Assembly (NCBI GenBank): GCA_036660615.1
Contig: JAVXAG010000001.1
Location: forward strand, 1-52,089
Direction: 5' to 3'
Source of the DNA: Anaerovoracaceae bacterium
Lineage (GTDB): Bacteria > Bacillota > Clostridia > Peptostreptococcales > Anaerovoracaceae
Length of the DNA: 52,089 nucleotides
Numbering within the stretch: the stretch's first letter is position 1; every line of letters starts with the position of its first letter. Below the pieces are notes generated by a model, which did no database searches, was not told where the DNA came from, and saw only the letters and a program-made list of their open reading frames with translations. The translations under genes were made by a program, and so were the position numbers. Shown one piece after another: positions 39,001 through 45,326 of this stretch.

Positions 39001-40346
39001 TAAGAATAAGATCTTTAAAAGCGGCAATTGAAGAAAGAGATAAGAATGGCGTAAAAGTTGTACCATATAATTTCCCATATAGACGAAAATGTTTTAGTAA
39101 GGAAATGAAAGAAACTTATGATATTCTTGTACCGCAGATGTCCCCAATACATTTTGTATTTTTGGAAAGGGCTTTGAGATCATGTGGATACAATGCAGTT
39201 CTTTTACCACCAGTTGATAAAAACTCTGTGGAAGAGGGATTAAAATACATAAACAACGACGCTTGTTATCCTACAATCGTGACTCTTGGTCAAATAATAT
39301 CTGCCCTAAAATCTGGCGAGTATGACTTGAACAAGACTGCTGTATTTATGTCTCAAACTGGGGGAGGATGCAGAGCAAGTAACTATGTATCTCTTCTAAG
39401 AAAAGCTCTCGAAGAGCTGGATATGAACAAGGTACCTGTAGTTTCGTTTAACGGAAATGGACTTGAAACAAACAGTGGATTTAAAATCACAGCAAAGATG
39501 GGCATGAGACTTTTATTGGCGGTGCTTTACGGTGACGTTTTGATGAGAGTTTTATACAGAACTCGCCCATATGAGGCAGTACCAGGGGCAGCAGATGCCC
39601 TTTTAGAGAAATGGGAAGATCCTATTTCTGACAATTGTATAAACTGCAATCTTCGAATATTCAAGAAAAATGTTCAGCAAATAATTGATGAATTTGACAA
39701 ACTACCAAGACTTGACATAAAGAAGCCAAGGGTTGGAGTTGTTGGAGAAATACTGGTAAAGTATCATCCAAATGCAAACAATGACATTGTACATATTATC
39801 GAATCAGAAGGCGGAGAAGCTGTTGTTCTTGAACTTGTAGATTTCTTTTTATATGGAATGTATAGTAAAAAGTTTAACTACGAACATTTGGCGGGTTCTT
39901 ATGGCAAAATGTTAACAAACCAATTTGCAATTGGGGCAGTAGAATGGTTTAGAAAACCAATTAGAGAAGCATTGCGTAACAGTACAAACTTTACTGAGCC
40001 ATCTCATATTGAAGATACTGCAAAGGAAGCTTCCGATATCATCTCGCTTGGTAACCAATGTGGGGAAGGTTGGCTTCTTACTGGTGAAATGCTTGATTTA
40101 ATAAACAGCGGAGTTGAAAATATACTTTGTCTTCAACCGTTTGCTTGTTTGCCAAATCATGTAACAGGAAAAGGTATGATGAAAGCTTTGAGAAATCACA
40201 ATCCAAAAGCAAATATCGCAGCCATTGACTATGACCCAGGCGCAAGTGATGTCAATCAACTAAACAGAATTAAATTGATGATGTCAACAGCCCACAAAAA
40301 CTTAATGGCAGACAACGATGAGCTTGTAATAGAAAAAGAATCTTAA
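36096..40346 (+). CDS. Acyl-CoA dehydratase activase-related giant fusion: two BcrAD/BadFG (HgdC-like) ATPase domains plus a dehydratase-component-like C-terminal region (1416 aa)
   Basis: Two actin-fold ATPase units start at GIDVGSTTVK and GIDAGSTTTK. Each has cluster-bridging Cys contexts (GTCAGGTGAF/ARCGVFAKTD and EACSSGCGSF/TRCTVFMNSK). There is a central C-X2-C-X3-C...C motif (codons 602, 605, 609, 628) and a long C-terminal region with further conserved-looking Cys. Confidence 0.85.
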   Translation: MKLGIDVGSTTVKLVLLDDNNEIVYSKYERHMSNVFEKVKELLEELHTKMGNIDIQPTITGSGGLTLSQLMGIHFEQEVISCSTAVEKLIPDTDVAIELGGEDAKMTFYGSTIEQRMNGTCAGGTGAFIDQMAILLNTDAMGLNQAAKDYKMIYPIAARCGVFAKTDIQPLINEGASIEDLSVSIFQAVVNQTISGLACGRTIKGKVAFLGGPLYFLSELRKRFIDTLNLTGDDIVFPENPQFFVAIGAAYLSETAKPVKFDKIINKINSIEQTEMSETKHIEPLFNDLDDYYDFIKRHNTDKIKRKDIRKARGKVFLGIDAGSTTTKAALIDEEKNLLYSFYRGNEGKPIEATKTMLKELYGLMPKGAYIANTTVTGYGEGLIKAAFKADLGEIETMAHYKAAEEFLPGVEFILDIGGQDMKCMKIKDGAIYNIMLNEACSSGCGSFLETFAKSVNLDTKSFAQEAIFAKNPVDLGTRCTVFMNSKVKQAQKEGATIGDISAGLSYSVIKNALYKVIKLRNTEEAGTKIVVQGGTFMNNAVLRSIEKIIGRDVVRPDIAGIMGAYGAAIIAKEDYLEDTESSILTLNQLNDFTVENSNSRCHGCENQCILTINKFHDGSKFITGNRCEKGAGKEKTNTNVPNLYEYKFKRLFGYKPISDFEATRGTVAIPRVLNMYENYPFWFTFFSKLKFQVILSPPSSKAIYAKGIETISSDTACYPAKLVHGHIKWLIDAGEQWIFYPCINYEINEDTNAPNHFNCPIVATYPEVIANNLDDLFKDNLVRFSHPFLPYDNDGRLVDELTRQLRVFHISRDEVLRAVHEGRKENKRFKNDIKKQGQYALKFARANNKKCVVLAGRPYHLDPEINHGIDKLINSFDMVVLTEDSIAHMVDMKRPLRVLDQWMYHSRLYKAATFVGTCNDVELIQLNSFGCGLDAVTTDEVEEICRNNNKLYTVLKIDEGSNLGAAKIRIRSLKAAIEERDKNGVKVVPYNFPYRRKCFSKEMKETYDILVPQMSPIHFVFLERALRSCGYNAVLLPPVDKNSVEEGLKYINNDACYPTIVTLGQIISALKSGEYDLNKTAVFMSQTGGGCRASNYVSLLRKALEELDMNKVPVVSFNGNGLETNSGFKITAKMGMRLLLAVLYGDVLMRVLYRTRPYEAVPGAADALLEKWEDPISDNCINCNLRIFKKNVQQIIDEFDKLPRLDIKKPRVGVVGEILVKYHPNANNDIVHIIESEGGEAVVLELVDFFLYGMYSKKFNYEHLAGSYGKMLTNQFAIGAVEWFRKPIREALRNSTNFTEPSHIEDTAKEASDIISLGNQCGEGWLLTGEMLDLINSGVENILCLQPFACLPNHVTGKGMMKALRNHNPKANIAAIDYDPGASDVNQLNRIKLMMSTAHKNLMADNDELVIEKES

Positions 40347-40377
40347 AGGTTAAAACCTCCATTGGCTTTTCATAGAC

Positions 40378-40406
40378 TTGAAAAAAACAATGGAACATTG
40401 TATAAT
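40378..40406 (+). promoter_or_regulatory. Putative sigma-A promoter of yebC
   Basis: TTGAAA (40378..40383), a 17-nt spacer, then TATAAT (40401..40406). Confidence 0.55.
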
Positions 40407-40473
40407 GAATGAATTGATGTCAAACTTGTAATAACAAGTTTTATAATAAAAAATAAGAAGAGGAGGTGTCTCC

Positions 40474-41208
40474 ATGGGTAGACACGGTACAATCGCCGGT
40501 AGAAAAGCATCACAAGATTCCAAAAGAGCCGCGGTATTTACAAAATATGCAAGAGCAATAACAGTTGCAGCTAAGGCTGGGGGAGATCCCGAATATAATG
40601 CAACACTTAGAGTAGCAATAGAAAAAGCAAAGGGCATTAGTATGCCTAATGATAATATTAATAGGGCTATAAAAAAAGGAACAGGAGAACTTGATGGTGA
40701 ATCCTATGAAGAATTAACTTTTGAAGGTTATGGAGTAGGTGGGGTAGCCGTAATTGTTGACTGTTTAACGGACAATACAAATAGGACTACTGCAGCAGTA
40801 AGAGCAACCTTTGACAAGCATGGTGGCAATCTAGGAACACCTGGTTGCGTATCTTATATGTTCTCGCGAAAAGGAATCATTATTATAGAAAAAGCTGACA
40901 CAGTAGTTGAAGATGAATTAATGGAAGCTGCTTTAGAGGCAGGCGCTGATGATATGATTACATATGATGATAATTTTGAAATCCAAACTGAACCTGGACA
41001 ATATACAGCAGTGTATAATGCTTTGGTTGACGGCGGATACGAGATAGTTGAATCTGATATTGAATATCTTCCATCGATGGAATCAAATCCAACAGATGAA
41101 CACGATATTAAAAAGCTTAAAAAAATGATTGACGTTTTGGAAGACAATGACGATGTTCAAAAAGTTCATACAAACTGTACAATTGATTTTGATGAAATAG
41201 ACTTATAA
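40474..41208 (+). CDS. yebC: YebC/PmpR-family DNA-binding transcriptional regulator
   Basis: N-terminus MGRHGTIAGRKASQDSKRAAVFTKYARAITVAAKAGGDPEYN is typical of the family, 244 aa. Confidence 0.93.
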   Translation: MGRHGTIAGRKASQDSKRAAVFTKYARAITVAAKAGGDPEYNATLRVAIEKAKGISMPNDNINRAIKKGTGELDGESYEELTFEGYGVGGVAVIVDCLTDNTNRTTAAVRATFDKHGGNLGTPGCVSYMFSRKGIIIIEKADTVVEDELMEAALEAGADDMITYDDNFEIQTEPGQYTAVYNALVDGGYEIVESDIEYLPSMESNPTDEHDIKKLKKMIDVLEDNDDVQKVHTNCTIDFDEIDL

Positions 41209-41215
41209 AATATAT

Positions 41216-41247
41216 AAAAGTGATCATATTTACATGGTCACTTTTTT
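41216..41247 (+). terminator. Intrinsic terminator of yebC
   Basis: GTGATCAT-ATTTAC-ATGGTCAC hairpin (one G-U pair) followed by TTTTTT. Confidence 0.75.
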
Positions 41248-41280
41248 CATGGAATGATTTACTGAATATAAAATGGTAAT

Positions 41281-41458
41281 AAAAAAAGTCCCGGAAAGCC
41301 GTCAGGACATAATTGACGCCCTATCTTAACGATAGGTGGGCATTCTATTCTTACTTCTGCCTTCCACTCGGTGGAGGCTTGACATAGGTAAAAAAATTCA
41401 AATTCCCGATGCAAAAGTGTAGGTTCAATTATGGGTCCTTAACGAGAGTTCCAGGATA
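41281..41458 (-). ncRNA. Candidate structured small RNA of about 178 nt, 6S RNA-like rod
   Basis: The minus strand has TATAAT at 41469..41464 and a 3' hairpin (41308..41288) followed by U7 (41287..41281). The 5' and 3' ends pair extensively: 41456..41449 with 41296..41289, 41439..41435 with 41308..41304, and 41432..41425 with 41316..41309. An apical hairpin lies at 41378..41359 and a small 3'-side hairpin at 41336..41320. A G-U pair on the minus strand would be a C-A mismatch on the plus strand. Confidence 0.45.
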
Positions 41459-41535
41459 CTTATATTATATATGATTTTGAGAAAAATAACACTATAAAAA
41501 ATTGGAAATTAGATATTATATTTTCCAGATGTCCA

Positions 41536-41563
41536 TTGACTATTTGTATCAAAATGTTATAAT
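41536..41563 (+). promoter_or_regulatory. Putative sigma-A promoter (extended -10) of the FNT transporter gene
   Basis: TTGACT (41536..41541), a 16-nt spacer ending in TGT, then TATAAT (41558..41563). The leader is about 90 nt. Confidence 0.6.
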
Positions 41564-41659
41564 CAAAAGCGGTGCGTTTTATCGCATAATTATTAAATAA
41601 TTGTCTGTGTATCATATAATACACAAAAATATAATTAAGTAGGCAAAGGATACAGCAAT

Positions 41660-42487
41660 ATGAAACCATTAAAACCTGCAGAAATTCTTGAGGTCTCAAT
41701 AGATACAAGCGTTTCAAAATGCAACAGTAGTACAAGCAAATTATTGATTTTAGGAATTATGGCAGGAGCATATATTGCACTTGCAGGTGCCGCAGCAAAT
41801 ATGGGGGCATTTAATCTTCTTTCAAATCCAGAAACATTTGGCATAGGAAAGTTAGTATCTGGAATTTTGTTTCCAACAGGACTTATGATAGTGGTACTTA
41901 GCGGTGCTGAATTGTTCACCGGAAACAACTTGATATTTGCAGCCGTTTTGGAAAAAAAGGTGACAGTCACCAGTATGCTACGCAACTGGATAATAGTATA
42001 TTTTGCAAATTTCATTGGAGCACTTATTGTCGCTTGGATGATTTCAGAATCAGGATTACTAAGTTCAGGCGGAAATATGCTTGGTGCAATAACTATAAGA
42101 ATTGCAGTAGGAAAAGTGAATTTAACTTTTTTACAGGGTGTAATTCTTGGATTACTTTGTAACGCACTAGTTTGTCTAGCAGTTTGGATGACTTTTGCTA
42201 CACATACGGCAGTAGGGAAAATAACGAGTATATTTTTCCCAATATGTCTCTTTGTGACAGCAGGATTTGAACATAGTATTGCAAATATGTTTTACATACC
42301 AGTGGCGCTTTTTTCAAAAGCAAACGAAACATTTGTCGCTCTTTCAGGTGTTACGCAGGAGGCATTCGCCAACTTGACTTGGAGTGGATTTTTAATAAAC
42401 AACTTAATACCGGTTACCTTAGGAAATATAATTGGCGGTGCTATTTTTGTAGCATTGGCATATTGGTACGCTTATAAGAAGGCATAA
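41660..42487 (+). CDS. Formate/nitrite transporter (FNT) family channel
   Basis: Six-TM protein with the FNT signatures LSGAELFTGN and GFEHSIANMF. Confidence 0.9.
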   Translation: MKPLKPAEILEVSIDTSVSKCNSSTSKLLILGIMAGAYIALAGAAANMGAFNLLSNPETFGIGKLVSGILFPTGLMIVVLSGAELFTGNNLIFAAVLEKKVTVTSMLRNWIIVYFANFIGALIVAWMISESGLLSSGGNMLGAITIRIAVGKVNLTFLQGVILGLLCNALVCLAVWMTFATHTAVGKITSIFFPICLFVTAGFEHSIANMFYIPVALFSKANETFVALSGVTQEAFANLTWSGFLINNLIPVTLGNIIGGAIFVALAYWYAYKKA

Positions 42488-42551
42488 AGCAAAAATATTG
42501 TATATGACCTTTTTGTAAAATATATTATTATTTTAAAAGGAGAAACGAAAT

Positions 42552-44156
42552 ATGTTTGGTAGGCAACTTACCGCAAGAGGTATGGTGATTGGTGCAATTG
42601 GCTCAGTAATAATTACTTGTAGTTCAATGTTTATTGCATTAAAGCTAAGCTCATTGCCATGGCCGATAATGTTCGTGGCGCTATTTTCAATGTTTGCACT
42701 GAAAGGGCTTGGGAACACAAATCTCAACGAGATTAACGTTACCCATACAGCTATGTCAGCAGGTGCAATGGTTGCAGGAGGACTTGCATTTACGATACCA
42801 GGGATTTGGATATTAAATCCAGATGCCAAGTTTAATGTTTGGATACTACTTACAATTACATTGGGAGGCGTAATATTAGGGCTGATTTTTACAGCTTTGA
42901 TAAGAAAGTATTTTGTAGAGACAAAGGATCTTCCATTTGCAATGGGACAAGCCGCTGCAGATACTTTGACAATAGGAGATCAAAAAGGAAAAAAGGCTGG
43001 AACTCTGTTTATTTCAATGGGTGTTGCAGCAATTTTTACAATAATTAGAGATTGGTTTCAAAAGATTCCGGCTTTGATTTCTAGCCAAAAGATGATGAGT
43101 TACGGTTCAATTGGTGGAATATGGCTTTCCCCAATGCTTATAGCTATTGGATATATAGTTGGACCAATATTTGTTGGAGTTTGGTTCTTAGGGGCTTTGA
43201 TTGGAGATGTAGGTATACTAATCGGTGGACAATATTTTCATTTATTAGATTTAGCCACAGCTACTAACATAAAGCAATCACTTGGAATTGGACTAATGGT
43301 TGGAACAGGAATAGGAATACTTTTAAAAGGAATTTTGCCTAAGGCAAAAGAAATCTTTGGTGCAATGTTTAGTAAAGATATGATAGGTGATTCTGTAATT
43401 GGAATGAGATGGGCACCGTTTGCAATGGTAGCACTTGCCTTCATATTCACAACTGTTTGTAAAATGGGAATAATTGCATCAATTGTTACTATTCTAGGTG
43501 TTTGGCTTGCAACGTCAATGTCAGCACAGTGCGTAGGACAATCGGGAATTAACCCAATGGAAATATTCGGAATAATCGTCTTGCTGGCAGCAAAGGCAGT
43601 TACTTCAATTGGCGAAACAGAAGCATTTTATGTAGCAGCAGTTGTTGCAGTAGCTTGTGGACTTGTTGGAGACGTAATGAATGACTTTAAAGAAGGCCAT
43701 ATACTAAAATCAGATCCTAAAGCACAATGGATTGCGGAAGCCATAGGCGGAGTAATCGGGGCATTGGTATCAGTAGGCATTTTAGCAGTAATAATAAATG
43801 CATATGGGGCAGAAGCTTTTGGTGGCGAAATGTTCCCAGCGGCTCAGGCATCAGCTGTGGCAGCAATGGTTGGAGGAATTTCACATGTTCCTGCATTTGT
43901 AATAGGCCTTATAGTAGCGGTGATTTTGTACTTTGTTAATTTCCCAGTAATGACTCTGGGCCTAGGCGTATATCTACCATTTTATCTGTCGGCAACAGCG
44001 TTTATCGGTGGGGCAATTAGGTTTATTGTAGATAAATTCATACCCGCTTTTGAAAAAGAATCAAAAGGGCAAATTATTGCATCGGGTTTACTGGGTGGTG
44101 AAGCTATTGTAGGTGTTGCTATAGCAATAATTACAGCCGTCAAAATTATAATATAG
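42552..44156 (+). CDS. OPT-superfamily oligopeptide transporter
   Basis: 534-aa polytopic protein. The N-terminus LTARGMVIGAIGSVIITCSSMFIALKLS and the general architecture resemble bacterial OPT-family proteins. Confidence 0.75.
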   Translation: MFGRQLTARGMVIGAIGSVIITCSSMFIALKLSSLPWPIMFVALFSMFALKGLGNTNLNEINVTHTAMSAGAMVAGGLAFTIPGIWILNPDAKFNVWILLTITLGGVILGLIFTALIRKYFVETKDLPFAMGQAAADTLTIGDQKGKKAGTLFISMGVAAIFTIIRDWFQKIPALISSQKMMSYGSIGGIWLSPMLIAIGYIVGPIFVGVWFLGALIGDVGILIGGQYFHLLDLATATNIKQSLGIGLMVGTGIGILLKGILPKAKEIFGAMFSKDMIGDSVIGMRWAPFAMVALAFIFTTVCKMGIIASIVTILGVWLATSMSAQCVGQSGINPMEIFGIIVLLAAKAVTSIGETEAFYVAAVVAVACGLVGDVMNDFKEGHILKSDPKAQWIAEAIGGVIGALVSVGILAVIINAYGAEAFGGEMFPAAQASAVAAMVGGISHVPAFVIGLIVAVILYFVNFPVMTLGLGVYLPFYLSATAFIGGAIRFIVDKFIPAFEKESKGQIIASGLLGGEAIVGVAIAIITAVKIII

Positions 44157-44177
44157 AAGACTTTTAGAGGTAAAACT

Positions 44178-45146
44178 ATGAAAAATATTGATATTAAAGA
44201 TATAAAAGGTTTTAAGGTAGGAAATGCAGAAGATGTCAGTGGCGGTACTGGAGTAACAGTAATAATCTGTGAAAAAGGTGCAACCGCAGGCGTTGACGTT
44301 AGAGGTGGTGGCCCAGCAACTAGGGAAACTGATTTGTTAAAGCCGGAGAATATGATTCAGGAAATCAACAGTGTTACATTATCTGGTGGCAGTGCTTATG
44401 GCCTTGAAGCAGCTTGTGGAGTTATGGAATTTCTTGAAGACAAAGGTATTGGTTTCAATGTTGGAGTTGGAATCGTTCCAATCGTCTGCGGTGCATCGCT
44501 GTTTGACTTGGTAGTTGGAAGTCCTAAAGCAAGACCGGATAAGGCTATGGGAAAGAAAGCTTGTGAAAATGCTAATGCAAGTGATGTCGGATTTCAATGT
44601 GGGAATCATGGCGCAGGAACTGGTGCAACTATTGGCAAATACCTTGGAATTGAAAGAATGATTAAAAGTGGTCTTGGAGCGCATGCAGTAGAAATTGGTG
44701 ACCTTCAATGTGGAGCAATTGTTGTGGTTAATGCTCTAGGCGATGTTTTTGACCATGAAACAGGCAAACAACTAGGTGGAATTTTAACTGAGGACAAATC
44801 AAAGTTTGATTCTACTGAAAGACTGGTTTTGGAAGACATGGCAAAAGAAAAGAATGTATTTAGTGGTAATACAACAATCGGTTGCGTAATTACAAACGGA
44901 AAACTGACAAAGGCCCAATGTACAAAATTGGCTTCTATTGTCCACGACGGCTATGCTCGTTCAATAAAACCAGTTCATACTTCGGCTGATGGAGATACGA
45001 TTTTTGTGATGACAACTGGAGAAGTTGAGGTAAACCCAGATGCATTAGGCGCACTAGCAACTAAAATAATGTCCATTGCTATTGAAACTGCAGTAAAGGA
45101 AGCAACTCCAGCTTATGGACTTAAAGCTTCTAGAGATATTATATAG
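44178..45146 (+). CDS. P1 (DmpA/S58-type) family aminopeptidase
   Basis: Motifs GFKVGNAED..GGTGVTVII and GVDVRGGGPATRETDLL, plus GNTTIG containing the putative self-processing nucleophile region. Confidence 0.82.
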   Translation: MKNIDIKDIKGFKVGNAEDVSGGTGVTVIICEKGATAGVDVRGGGPATRETDLLKPENMIQEINSVTLSGGSAYGLEAACGVMEFLEDKGIGFNVGVGIVPIVCGASLFDLVVGSPKARPDKAMGKKACENANASDVGFQCGNHGAGTGATIGKYLGIERMIKSGLGAHAVEIGDLQCGAIVVVNALGDVFDHETGKQLGGILTEDKSKFDSTERLVLEDMAKEKNVFSGNTTIGCVITNGKLTKAQCTKLASIVHDGYARSIKPVHTSADGDTIFVMTTGEVEVNPDALGALATKIMSIAIETAVKEATPAYGLKASRDII

Positions 45147-45186
45147 ATAATGCACATCTCAAATAACTATTAAGGCAAAATATTAG

Positions 45187-45212
45187 ACGGTTCCCAAGTG
45201 GAGCCGTTTTTA
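45187..45212 (+). terminator. Intrinsic terminator after the peptidase gene
   Basis: ACGGTTCC-CAAGT-GGAGCCGT hairpin (one G-U pair) followed by TTTTT. Confidence 0.7.
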
Positions 45213-45238
45213 TTGTAGTTTACATTTTGGATAATTAG

Positions 45239-45267
45239 TTGTAAAAATCACCATATTAACGTATAAT
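45239..45267 (+). promoter_or_regulatory. Putative sigma-A promoter of polA
   Basis: TTGTAA (45239..45244), a 17-nt spacer, then TATAAT (45262..45267). Confidence 0.5.
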
Positions 45268-45326
45268 ATAGGTTATTAAAATTGATGAAAACACCATGGC
45301 AAAATCGAAAGAAAAAGGAAGTAATT

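Noticed and set aside
40422-40441. Hairpin AAACTTGT-AATA-ACAAGTTT in the yebC leader, considered as an attenuator or operator
   Set aside because: It is an AT-rich 8-bp stem without a proper U-tract. It is too weak and too common in such DNA to call without conservation data.
41460-42015. Minus-strand ORFs of 91 aa and 126 aa
   Set aside because: One lies in the AT-rich promoter and leader region, and the other is antisense to the FNT channel gene. Neither has an RBS.
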